Source of the DNA: a bacterium BMS3Bbin05
GTDB lineage: Bacteria > Nitrospirota > Thermodesulfovibrionia > Thermodesulfovibrionales > BMS3Bbin05
Length of the DNA stretch: 64,000 nucleotides
Assembly (NCBI GenBank): GCA_002897855.1
Contig: BDTO01000080.1
Span: 5,623-69,622 of the forward strand
Direction: 5' to 3'
In this document: positions 9,759-18,952 of the stretch, piece after piece
Position numbering within the stretch: the stretch's first letter is position 1
How the letters are laid out: the number at the start of each line of letters is the position of its first letter
Made by a program: the position numbers and the translations under genes
The notes under the pieces: generated by a model
Told to the model about the DNA's origin: nothing
Database searches by the model: none
What the model saw: the letters and a program-made list of their open reading frames with translations, nothing else

Positions 9759-11273
9759 TCAGATTCTTCCATGCATTTTCGTTATCCTGAAAAGCCTTTC
9801 GGCGGAAGAAGAAGTCAATTGCCGTGGATGGAGTTTCCACTCCCAATTGCCTCGTGCGCTTGAGGGATGGTTCATTCTTGCATCTTCATCGAGACCAAGG
9901 ATGTCCTGCATCGGGAAAATGGCCGTCCGCGCCGCAGATTTCATTGCGAGTTTGATCAGTTCCCGGTTAATTGTTCCGGCCGATACTTTACGGCCGATAT
10001 AGTTTTCGATCCTCTTTTTCTCTTCTGACCGAGCCTCTTTTTTGAACCAGCCGACTGCCGTATTATTGTCGTGTGTGCCGGTATAAACGATACAGTTTTC
10101 CGGATAGTTATGGGGAAGGTATGGATGGCCGGGATCGTCGTCGCCGAAGGCAAAGAGAAGAAGTTTCATCCCGGGAAATCCGAAGTGATTCATTACTTCT
10201 CTTACGTCGGGTGTTATCACTCCCAGGTCTTCGGCGATTATGTGAAGACCGGGCAATCTGCGCATTGCCTCCGTAAAAAAATCCATTGCCGGCGCATTGA
10301 CCCATTTGCCGTTCATGGCATTTTTTTCTCCGGATCTTACTTCCCAGAATGCAACAAATCCCCTGAAGTGGTCGATCCGGGTTATATCGAAGAGCCGCAT
10401 GTTATATCCCAGCCGGTCAATCCACCACGAATAATGCTTTTTCTTCAGCGCATCCCAGTTATATACAGGATTTCCCCAGAGTTGGCCGGTTTTGCTGAAG
10501 TAATCAGGCGGGACACCGGATACAAAGGTCATTTTTCTTTTTTCATCAAGCTTGAATATGCGGGGATGAGACCATACATCGGAACTGTCATAGTTGACAT
10601 AAATGGGTAAATCACCGATTATCCGAATATTATGTTCCCTGCAGTAATTTCGCACCCTGGCCCATTGAGTAAAAAAAAGGAACTGAAAGAAGGATTCTCT
10701 TAAAACTGTATCTTCAAGCTTGTTCTTCCATTTTTCAAGTTCACCCTGATCCCTGTACCGGAGGCTCTTTGGCCACCTGCTCCATATCCTGTTGCCGAAG
10801 TGTTTCTTGAGAGCTATAAAGAGGGTATAATTTTCAAGCCAGAATGAATTGTCTTCAAGAAAATGCTGAAACTCCGCTAAAGAACCGATTCTGTGCCTGC
10901 AACGGGTAAATGCAGTGAAAAGAATATCTTTTTTGAACCTGCAAACTTTGTCGTATTGAACCCTCTTCGTGGGGAAAGGCGGCATCGAGCGGAGATCGGA
11001 TTTCAATAAATAACCGTCCTGTACAAGTATCTCCGGACTTATGAGAAATGGGTTTCCGGCAAATGCCGAGTAACTGCTATAGGGGGAGTTTCCATAAGCA
11101 GGACTGGTCGGGTTTAGCGGAAGAATCTGCCAAATGCCCTGCCCGGACTTTACAAGGAAGTCAACGAACCTGTACGCAGATGGTCCAAGGTCTCCGATGC
11201 CGTATTTTGACGGGAGGGATGATATATGAAGAAGAATTCCGCTTTCCCTTTTCCATGCTTCTCGATGCCTCAT
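9759..11273 (-). CDS. malQ: 4-alpha-glucanotransferase (amylomaltase)
   Basis: 504 aa. [21 protein letters not shown]-terminus, plus IIGDLPIYV and TGTHDN motifs of GH77. Confidence 0.9.
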   Translation of the reverse strand: MRHREAWKRESGILLHISSLPSKYGIGDLGPSAYRFVDFLVKSGQGIWQILPLNPTSPAYGNSPYSSYSAFAGNPFLISPEILVQDGYLLKSDLRSMPPFPTKRVQYDKVCRFKKDILFTAFTRCRHRIGSLAEFQHFLEDNSFWLENYTLFIALKKHFGNRIWSRWPKSLRYRDQGELEKWKNKLEDTVLRESFFQFLFFTQWARVRNYCREHNIRIIGDLPIYVNYDSSDVWSHPRIFKLDEKRKMTFVSGVPPDYFSKTGQLWGNPVYNWDALKKKHYSWWIDRLGYNMRLFDITRIDHFRGFVAFWEVRSGEKNAMNGKWVNAPAMDFFTEAMRRLPGLHIIAEDLGVITPDVREVMNHFGFPGMKLLLFAFGDDDPGHPYLPHNYPENCIVYTGTHDNNTAVGWFKKEARSEEKKRIENYIGRKVSAGTINRELIKLAMKSAARTAIFPMQDILGLDEDARMNHPSSARGNWEWKLHPRQLTSSSAERLFRITKMHGRI

Positions 11274-13258
11274 TGCGAAATTGTGGTTTCACAGCGCGGC
11301 ACATTTTTGAAAAAGACTGCTCCGAGAGGGGGCAGAGTGATAATGATTGAGTTTTCCCTTCCCTGATACGCTGCGGGCTCCGCCGATACTCCTCCGAAGT
11401 TTCCATGTCCGCTTCCCGAATAATCAGCTGCATCGCTGTTCAGCAGTTCCTTCCAGTATCCGCCACGGGGCACTCCGACACGGTAACGGTATCTCGGTAC
11501 AGGTGAAAAGTTACATACGACCAGTACAATGTCATCCGTGCTTCTTCCCCTTCGGAGAAAACTGATAATATTCTGTTCCCAGTCATGAAAGTCTATCCAC
11601 TCAAAACCCGTTTTCCTGAAATCCAGTTCATGCATTGCGGGTTCATCTCTGTAAAGATGATTCAGGTCACTTACCCATCTCTGGACACCTTTATGGAAGG
11701 GATATTCAAGGATGTTCCATTCGATGCTTTCATCATGTGACCACTCCTTCCACTGTGCCAGTTCCCCTCCCATGAAGATGAGCTTCTTGCCGGGATGTGC
11801 ATACATGTATCCGAAAAGCAGTCTCAGGTTTGCGTATTTCTGCCACTCGTCACCCGGCATCTTGCCGAAGAGAGAACCCTTCCCATGTACCACTTCATCA
11901 TGAGAAAGAGGTAAAACAAAGTTTTCGGAGAAGGCATACCATATGCTGAATGTAAGCTGATTATGGCGGTATTTTCTGAATACCGGTTCTGTTGACATGT
12001 AATCCAGTGTGTCATGCATCCATCCCATGTTCCATTTCATACCGAAACCGAGACCGCCGGCATAAACCGGCCGCGAAACCATTGGCCATGCCGTTGATTC
12101 CTCCGCAATGGTCTGGACATCCGGAAAGTTTTCATATACTGCTGTATTAAACCTTTTTAAAAGGGATATAGCCTCTATATTTTCTCTGCCCCCGTATTGA
12201 TTTGGTATCCATTCACCATTCTGTCTCCCGTAGTCGAGATAGAGCATCGATGCTACTGCATCTACCCGCAGGCCGTCGATATGGTATTTCTCAAACCAGA
12301 AAAGGGCATTGCTGATGAGAAAATTCCTTACTTCATTTCTTCCGTAGTTGAAGATATAGCTCTTCCAGTCGGGGTGAAAACCCTTGCGTGGGTCTGCGTG
12401 TTCGTAAAGATGCGTTCCGTCGAAATAGGACAGACCGTGCTCATCCGTCGGAAAGTGTGACGGAACCCAGTCAAGTATTACGCCGATACCGTTCTGATGA
12501 AGGCAGTCGACAAGATACATGAAATCCTGTGGTGTTCCGTACCTGCTCGTAGGCGCAAAATAGCCGGTTATCTGGTAACCCCAGGAGACGAAAAACGGAT
12601 GTTCCATTATGGGCATAAGCTCGACATGGGTGAATCCCATTTCATTTACATATTCCGCAAGCTCACGCGCCATCTCGCGGTATGAAAGAGACCTGTTCCC
12701 CTGCCCGGGGTTGCGTCTCCATGAGCCGGGGTGCACTTCATAAATCGAGAATGGAGCATTCAGGTCGTTGAGTTCGTGACGTTTTTCCATCCAATCTCCG
12801 TCTCCCCATGCATACTGCAGATCCCATATGATAGAACCCGTTCTGGGCGGGGTTTCGGAATGAAATGCATACGGGTCCGCCTTGTTTACACGGTATCCGT
12901 CATAGCGGGAGATGATGTGGTATTTATATATAGCTCCCTTATCCATGCCCGGGATGAAAAGCTCCCATATGCCGGAGCTATCCTCACGGACTTTCATCTT
13001 GTTGGAATCCGGGTTCCATCCGTTGAAATCACCGATAACAGACACCTTCTCTGCGTTTGGCGCCCAAACCGAGAAATATACACCGCAGGCGCCATCTTGC
13101 TCCATGATATGTGAGCCCATTTTGTCATAGAGGCGATAGTGGCTCCCTTCCCTGAAGAGGTAGATATCCTCATCCGTAAAGAGGGGTTTGTCCCCTGAAT
13201 TTGCAGTTGCTCCGGAATTGATGCTCATGTGGTGTCCTCCATCAGTATAGTAAAACAT
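11270..13258 (-). CDS. glgB: 1,4-alpha-glucan branching enzyme
   Basis: 662 aa with GH13 motifs ([41 protein letters not shown]). 4-nt overlap with malQ. The start may be the internal ATG 30 nt downstream. Confidence 0.93.
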   Translation of the reverse strand: MFYYTDGGHHMSINSGATANSGDKPLFTDEDIYLFREGSHYRLYDKMGSHIMEQDGACGVYFSVWAPNAEKVSVIGDFNGWNPDSNKMKVREDSSGIWELFIPGMDKGAIYKYHIISRYDGYRVNKADPYAFHSETPPRTGSIIWDLQYAWGDGDWMEKRHELNDLNAPFSIYEVHPGSWRRNPGQGNRSLSYREMARELAEYVNEMGFTHVELMPIMEHPFFVSWGYQITGYFAPTSRYGTPQDFMYLVDCLHQNGIGVILDWVPSHFPTDEHGLSYFDGTHLYEHADPRKGFHPDWKSYIFNYGRNEVRNFLISNALFWFEKYHIDGLRVDAVASMLYLDYGRQNGEWIPNQYGGRENIEAISLLKRFNTAVYENFPDVQTIAEESTAWPMVSRPVYAGGLGFGMKWNMGWMHDTLDYMSTEPVFRKYRHNQLTFSIWYAFSENFVLPLSHDEVVHGKGSLFGKMPGDEWQKYANLRLLFGYMYAHPGKKLIFMGGELAQWKEWSHDESIEWNILEYPFHKGVQRWVSDLNHLYRDEPAMHELDFRKTGFEWIDFHDWEQNIISFLRRGRSTDDIVLVVCNFSPVPRYRYRVGVPRGGYWKELLNSDAADYSGSGHGNFGGVSAEPAAYQGRENSIIITLPPLGAVFFKNVPRCETTISQ

Positions 13259-13326
13259 CAGGGTGAACTTATATTCAATTTTATAGTACCGTTTGAGAGA
13301 GATTTACGATAATAACGCCGAATCGG

Positions 13327-14421
13327 TTATAGGCGTTTCTTTATTATCTCTTCAACATCTCTTAGTTTGGAACTGATACTGATTGGTTTATTAACTACAC
13401 TGAATACAGTATCGGGATCTTTCAGACCGTGACCGGTAAGGGTGCAGACAGCGGTTTGCCCTTTTTTGAAGTATCCTTTCCTGTTAAGTTTCAGGAGACC
13501 GGCAACGGGTGCAGCTGATGCAGGCTCGCAAAAAATACCCTCTGATGAAGCGATAAGCCTGTAGGCCGACAGTATCTCATCATCCGTAACGGATTCTATA
13601 AGCCCCCCTGACTCGTCCCTGGCCGCCAATGCTGCCTTCCAGCTTGCCGGGTTACCAATACGAATGGCAGTCGCCACTGTTTCCGGCCTCTCGACAGGAT
13701 GCCCCTTTACTATTGGTGATGCCCCTTCCGCCTGGAACCCTAACATTATCGGAAGAGCTGATATAATTCCTGCATCTTTATATTCCCTGTATCCTCTCCA
13801 GCAGGCGGTTATGTTCCCCGCATTGCCCACCGGCAGTAGATGGAAGTCCGGTGCATTTCCAAGCTGGTCGCATATTTCAAATGCCGCGGTTTTCTGTCCC
13901 TCGATCCTGAATGGATTAATGGAGTTGACAAGGGTCATGGGATAGAGTTCTACAAGCTTCCTGACAAGGGAAAGGGCGGTATCGAAGTTGCCGGAGACCT
14001 GGAATACGACCGAGTCATGAATAAGCGCCTGGGACAGTTTACCGAGCGCTATCTTCCCTTCCGGTATAATGACAAAGGCCTTGATGCCGGCACGGGCCGC
14101 ATAAGCGGCGGCGGCGGCAGACGTATTACCCGTTGAAGCACAGATAACAGCCTTTGCCCTTTCCTCCATGGCCTTTGAGATTGCCATGCTCATTCCCCTG
14201 TCCTTGAATGAGCCGGTGGGGTTAAGCCCTTCAAATTTGAACCAGACATCGATATCAAGACCGGCATTCTTCACGAGATTCCGTGCCCTGATAAGAGGCG
14301 TATTTCCCTCATGTAGAGTAACTACCGGAGTACTATCAGTAACGGGGAGAAATTCTCTGTACCTGTTGATTACCCCCGTCCAGACTGAACGAGGCATGGT
14401 TTTCTGGTCTTCTAAAGACAT
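13327..14421 (-). CDS. thrC: threonine synthase (short type)
   Basis: 364 aa with the PLP-lysine motif NPTGSFKDRGM and a GN.G glycine-rich loop. Confidence 0.9.
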   Translation of the reverse strand: MSLEDQKTMPRSVWTGVINRYREFLPVTDSTPVVTLHEGNTPLIRARNLVKNAGLDIDVWFKFEGLNPTGSFKDRGMSMAISKAMEERAKAVICASTGNTSAAAAAYAARAGIKAFVIIPEGKIALGKLSQALIHDSVVFQVSGNFDTALSLVRKLVELYPMTLVNSINPFRIEGQKTAAFEICDQLGNAPDFHLLPVGNAGNITACWRGYREYKDAGIISALPIMLGFQAEGASPIVKGHPVERPETVATAIRIGNPASWKAALAARDESGGLIESVTDDEILSAYRLIASSEGIFCEPASAAPVAGLLKLNRKGYFKKGQTAVCTLTGHGLKDPDTVFSVVNKPISISSKLRDVEEIIKKRL

Positions 14422-14509
14422 ATTCCCCCCGGATGGGATTTCTTCGCTGCAGCAGTCCTATGTGGAATCAAGGAGTCCATGAATTATTTAATAGCAGACA
14501 TTTTGCCTG

Positions 14510-14746
14510 CTATTCTACAATATCTCCTTCTATTAATTCGACTGAAATTCCCTGTTCGGTAAGAGACTGAATACCCTTTTCAAGATTCTCTTCAGTACCC
14601 TCCAGTTCGAGGATAAGCTCACCGACCGATTCAGTAACCCTTGCTCTCCTGATGTTAGGCATTACATCATATTTCTTTGCCATTGTGAAGACTACGGGTT
14701 CCTTTATCAGTTCCGGTGGAAAAGTAAGTTTGACCCTTCTTGTCAT
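14510..14746 (-). CDS. stand-alone NIL-domain protein (MetN C-terminal-like ferredoxin-fold domain)
   Basis: 78 aa. The pattern P.V..... VNIL/NIRRA....G.L.LEL.G.EE.L..... matches the NIL domain known from methionine ABC ATPases and NIL-ferredoxin proteins. Confidence 0.6.
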   Translation of the reverse strand: MTRRVKLTFPPELIKEPVVFTMAKKYDVMPNIRRARVTESVGELILELEGTEENLEKGIQSLTEQGISVELIEGDIVE

Positions 14747-14757
14747 AGTTCCCCCTC

Positions 14758-15039
14758 TTATTGAGATATCCCGCCTGCTATAGCGGGCACGATTGACAAT
14801 TCGTCACCATCCTTAACCACAGTCGCTTCCGCCTGGAGAAACCTGATATCCTCTTCATTTACATACATGTTGACGAAACGCCTTATCTTGTTATTCTCTG
14901 AGATTCTCTCTGCAATCCCGGGATACTGCTTATCAAGGTCGTTTACAATTTCGATGACAGTACCCGTTTTTGCTTCAACTTCTTCTTTGCCCCCCGTCAG
15001 CCTCTGGAGTGGGGTTGGAATCCTGACTTTTACCGGCAT
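14758..15039 (-). CDS. MoaD/ThiS-family sulfur-carrier protein with a C-terminal extension after the Gly-Gly
   Basis: 93 aa with a beta-grasp-size profile. The C-terminus is ..SIVPAIAGGISQ, i.e. the GG is followed by 3 extra residues. Confidence 0.75.
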   Translation of the reverse strand: MPVKVRIPTPLQRLTGGKEEVEAKTGTVIEIVNDLDKQYPGIAERISENNKIRRFVNMYVNEEDIRFLQAEATVVKDGDELSIVPAIAGGISQ

Positions 15040-15065
15040 TTTTTACCCCCTTTTATGGTTTTTCC

Positions 15066-16298
15066 TTATTTTATTTTTTTAAGGACCTTTTCGAAGGCCT
15101 CAAGATTAGGGTTAATATGATGAGGCTCGCCCATGTGGCCATGGAGTGCCTCCTGGGTCTTCAGACCGTTTCCCGTTATGCATATAACTGTTGTCTCATT
15201 TCTGTCTATATGGCCGCTCTCTATCAGTTTTTTGGTTGCGGCTACAGTAACGCCTCCTGCTGTCTCTGCAAATATGCCTTCCGTTTTTGCGAGCAGCTTC
15301 ATTCCGTCTATAATTTCTTCGTCAGTGACATCCTCACCATATCCTCCCGTATCCTTTACACACTTGTATGCGTAATATCCGTCTGCTGGATTTCCTATGG
15401 CAAGTGATTTTGCAACGGTATCGGGTTTCACAGGTACTATTATATCCGTATCGTTTTTAATAGCTGTTGCTATGGGATTGCACCCTTTTGCCTGTGCGGC
15501 GAATACCTTTGTATCGAGCTTTTTTATAATACCTATTTCCCTGAATTCCTTGAAACTTTTCCATATTTTCGTAAGCAGCGATCCGCTGGCGCATGGTACA
15601 ACGACATTATCAGGCGCTCTCCACCCCAGTTGCTCAACTATCTCAAATCCATGTGTCTTTGAACCCTCGGCGTAGAAGGGCCTGATATTAATATTAACGA
15701 ATGCCCAGTTGTACTTGTTTGCGATCTCGCTGCAGAGTCTGTTTACGTCGTCGTAATTACCATCAACTGCCACGAGATTCGGCCCATATACCAGTGATGC
15801 GGCGATCTTGCTGGCCTCAAGTGAAGCGGGTATGAATATGAACCTGTTGAATCCTGCCTTTGCCCCGAGTGCCGATACGGAATGGGCCAGATTTCCCGTT
15901 GATGCACATGCTACTGTATCAAACCCGAATTCCTTTGCCTTGGTAAGAGCTACCGATACGACCCTGTCTTTGAAAGAAAGGGTAGGGTGTGCAACGGTAT
16001 CGTCTTTTACATAAAGTTCTTTTATGCCAAGCTCTCCGGCAAGGTTGTCTGCCTTTATAAGCGGTGTAAAGCCGGAAGTAAGGCCAACCTGCGGGTTACC
16101 GTCGACAGGTAAGAGTTCCCTGTATCTCCAGAGGTTTTTTTCTCTTTTCTCTATCTTTTTTCTTGTAAGGGCTTTTTTTATCTTTGGATAGTCGTAAGCC
16201 ACTTCGAGAGGGCCGAAACAGAATTCGCATACGTATATGGGTTCAACAGCGTATTCACGGCCGCATTCACGGCATTTCAGACCTTTTATGAAACCCAT
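15066..16298 (-). CDS. threonine-synthase-like PLP enzyme with an N-terminal 4-Cys zinc ribbon
   Basis: 410 aa. N-terminal CRECG..(x14)..CEFC, PLP lysine motif PTLSFKDRVVS, and fold-type II PLP enzyme features. It is a paralog of the thrC 650 bp downstream. Confidence 0.8.
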   Translation of the reverse strand: MGFIKGLKCRECGREYAVEPIYVCEFCFGPLEVAYDYPKIKKALTRKKIEKREKNLWRYRELLPVDGNPQVGLTSGFTPLIKADNLAGELGIKELYVKDDTVAHPTLSFKDRVVSVALTKAKEFGFDTVACASTGNLAHSVSALGAKAGFNRFIFIPASLEASKIAASLVYGPNLVAVDGNYDDVNRLCSEIANKYNWAFVNINIRPFYAEGSKTHGFEIVEQLGWRAPDNVVVPCASGSLLTKIWKSFKEFREIGIIKKLDTKVFAAQAKGCNPIATAIKNDTDIIVPVKPDTVAKSLAIGNPADGYYAYKCVKDTGGYGEDVTDEEIIDGMKLLAKTEGIFAETAGGVTVAATKKLIESGHIDRNETTVICITGNGLKTQEALHGHMGEPHHINPNLEAFEKVLKKIK

Positions 16299-16366
16299 TA
16301 TCTGCCTCCTCTCAAAAAAATGAAATCAATTAGGAATTAGTATTTTAATAAAAAGCAGGGATATTT

Positions 16367-16768
16367 TTAAAGGGGTTTAACAGAAATTTCAACGATTTCG
16401 CCTTCGTTGATGGAAAATGCCTTCAACACAGGTATATCACCGGCAAGACTTACGATGATATATAAAGAATCAGGATAATAGGCAAGCCGTACATCTTTTG
16501 CCGATGGGAATGCCACGGAATCAGGGTGGGAATGATATATGGCGAGCATTTTCTCCTTCCTTTCCCTTATGTCTTTCATTACCTGAAATTGTTCCCCGGG
16601 GTCCATGAAATAGCTTACCCGTGAGTTTTCGGTATTTGTCATATTATATAAATGTGCAGAAGAGAATTCCTTTCCGGCAACAATCCCGCAGACCTCGTCC
16701 GGGTAACCGGCCTTTGCATGATCTATTATTTCATTAATGACGCTTCGGGGGATTCCAATCGTTTCCAT
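16367..16768 (-). CDS. JAMM/MPN+ metalloprotease (Mec/HcyD/QbsD-like)
   Basis: 133 aa. EVCG (catalytic Glu) plus HSHPDSVAFPSAKD, which matches HxHx7Sx2D exactly. Confidence 0.85.
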   Translation of the reverse strand: METIGIPRSVINEIIDHAKAGYPDEVCGIVAGKEFSSAHLYNMTNTENSRVSYFMDPGEQFQVMKDIRERKEKMLAIYHSHPDSVAFPSAKDVRLAYYPDSLYIIVSLAGDIPVLKAFSINEGEIVEISVKPL

Positions 16769-16858
16769 GTTCTATTCGTGAAAGACTTATTACTGACCCG
16801 GATAATCCATAAACCATCTCCGCCGTCCGCATGGCATTTAATTCATGAATAATATGGG

Positions 16859-18088
16859 TTAAAAGGCAACAGCCGGGCTGCAGGTCTGTTGTGAAAAAAG
16901 ATTGTTCAACATTAGATCGATTGCTTCACGGATTGTCGGTATGTATGTTTCTCCTTTTTTTGAGTAAATCCCGTCATTTCTTATTTCATCCAGTCTGGAA
17001 CCGGTGAATAGAAGGCCGTCTTTGAGACCGCGACGTGTTTTCGACAGCCAGTGAGCAATGCAAAACGGTGTTTTTCTGTTCATAAAGCCACAATTCTTTA
17101 TGCCTATGCAGGAAACACACCTTTTCCTCGTCTCGACCACGACTTTTGCCGCTGCCTTTAAGAATCCGTTATCAATATATCTTGACGGCATCCCGGCTGG
17201 ACTGGTCATCGTGGTAATGACCGGATACATGGGGTTCAGGTAAAATTCTTTGATTATTTCGTCGGACATGCCCGATTCCCGGGTCAGAAGCATTCTCGTT
17301 CCGCATGATACACCATTAAAACCCTGCTCCAAAGCCTTTTCGATATCCTCCCTGTACATAATGCCGCCTGCCAGGATTATCGGGATATCCGGATCAAGTT
17401 CCCTGAGACCGTTATAAAGTTCAATGGGTCTGAATTCGCTGTGATCATTTGCCTCCTCTGCATTTCCTGCGCCTAAATGCCCTCCAGCGAATTGAGGCAA
17501 TTCTACGTACCAGGCGTCCGGCTTGCGCCCCTTTCTAATCTGGGCCCTTTTTAGCATTATCCTGGCAGCCCTTACTGAAGAGATGATAGGTGCATAACGC
17601 ATATGAGGGTATCTTAGCATTTCGACCGGTAAATCCGTAGGAAGACCCGCGCCGACAAACAGGATATCAACGGATTTACTTTCGCCGATCACTTTGACCA
17701 GGATTTCGTAATTATTCACCGCTCTCATTAAATTAATACCTAAAATTCCGTATTGAGAATCTTGGCGCACTTTCCGGATCTTCCCGGAAAGTGCTGCCTT
17801 ATCTGTTTCAATAATTAATTTCTTTCTCTCCTCCATAGGCATGTTTTCAAGTTTTTCCTCGAATATATCATTGTACCCGACCAAAGAAGCAGCCAAAACT
17901 CCTATTCCACCCGCACTTATAACAGCGCCGGCCAGATCTTCATTGGAAAAATCGATTCCCATTCCCCCGTTCATTATCGGAAAGAGTATCTTGCGGGAAA
18001 AAACCGCTTCAAGATAATCGTTTTTCTCTTTTTCGGAAGAAAAAACCGGAGCAAGCAGGCTCTGTTCTTTAAGAATGGATTTTACCAT
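16859..18088 (-). CDS. nitronate monooxygenase / FabK-like FMN-dependent TIM-barrel oxidoreductase with a C-terminal Cys cluster
   Basis: 409 aa. PIMNGGMG, AGGIGVLA, FAGGHLG and ILAGGI motifs of the NMO family, plus an extra CVSCIGIKNC..(x9)..C segment. Confidence 0.7.
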   Translation of the reverse strand: MVKSILKEQSLLAPVFSSEKEKNDYLEAVFSRKILFPIMNGGMGIDFSNEDLAGAVISAGGIGVLAASLVGYNDIFEEKLENMPMEERKKLIIETDKAALSGKIRKVRQDSQYGILGINLMRAVNNYEILVKVIGESKSVDILFVGAGLPTDLPVEMLRYPHMRYAPIISSVRAARIMLKRAQIRKGRKPDAWYVELPQFAGGHLGAGNAEEANDHSEFRPIELYNGLRELDPDIPIILAGGIMYREDIEKALEQGFNGVSCGTRMLLTRESGMSDEIIKEFYLNPMYPVITTMTSPAGMPSRYIDNGFLKAAAKVVVETRKRCVSCIGIKNCGFMNRKTPFCIAHWLSKTRRGLKDGLLFTGSRLDEIRNDGIYSKKGETYIPTIREAIDLMLNNLFSQQTCSPAVAF

Positions 18089-18475
18089 AAATTTTATGGA
18101 TGAAAAAAAAGCACTCTGTCTACATTACCATGATAGACGAGAGAGAAAAGCATTTTTATATTAAATCATAATACAAACGCACGGATAATTGCAATCTTTA
18201 GATGTTGTTCGTTGTCGGGTCATTTTTTAAATAATGCAGAAAAAGTTCAATATGATTTAATAATTTGGTGTTCTGATTTTCTGCCCTACAGATAACAGTT
18301 CAGTCATTGTTCACCGAATTATACGGGTTTAGGGAGGCTACAGGTTCAAGCCTTTTATACAGGAATGTAAAATGTAATTTCCCGCGTTTTGAAAGCGTGA
18401 ACGGGGGATTCGGCATAATTCATGAAAGAAGATTTTTTCTTGACATGAGGGCTCATTTTCATGTAAAAATATGGC

Positions 18476-18820
18476 ATGAATAATCAGTGTTCCCCAAGTT
18501 ATCGTGATTTTATGAAAAAAGTTCGAGCCCGTTATTTAAATGACATATCCGTTTTTATAATATCATTGATAATTCTCTTTCCCTCGATAACGTTCTCATC
18601 CGGCTGGGAGTCGGAGTTTGAGGCGATATGTTCCAAACTAACCATGGCTGACTCCATGAGTATTGAAGAAATCCAGTCTCTTATCGACAGGTCGGATAAA
18701 CTGCTGAAAGTGATCGAGGCTTCAGATAATCCCGGGAAGAAGATATTCATCCGCAGACTTAAAAAGTGCCGTGCCTTTTTCGAATTTTCCATTGAAGTAA
18801 AAAAAGAGAAATCCAGGTAA
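18476..18820 (+). CDS. hypothetical small membrane-anchored/secreted protein
   Basis: 114 aa with one hydrophobic helix (ISVFIISLIILFPSITF). A TTGACA-N18-TAAAAA promoter-like pair lies at about 18440..18469. No recognisable family; coding status is uncertain. Confidence 0.3.
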   Translation: MNNQCSPSYRDFMKKVRARYLNDISVFIISLIILFPSITFSSGWESEFEAICSKLTMADSMSIEEIQSLIDRSDKLLKVIEASDNPGKKIFIRRLKKCRAFFEFSIEVKKEKSR

Positions 18821-18952
18821 GATTTTCCCGGTTATTTTGTCCCGACAGGCCCCGACAAGGCCGAGGGATGAATGCAGTCAGTCGGGATGTCACCCATATT
18901 AGGGTGTCTACATCGGTACCACGGGCTTGCCCGTGGGGCTCCATGTGCGGCA

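Noticed and set aside
10071-10610. 179-aa + strand ORF (and neighbouring 65-67-aa ORFs)
   Set aside because: These are antisense to malQ.
18146-18420. SAM (S-box), T-box or other known riboswitch in the leader of the sulfur-carrier operon
   Set aside because: I read the minus strand for the SAM-I core (GAGGGA..GGCCC..GCAACC..GGUGC) and for T-box elements and found none. Only the terminator-like hairpin is reported.
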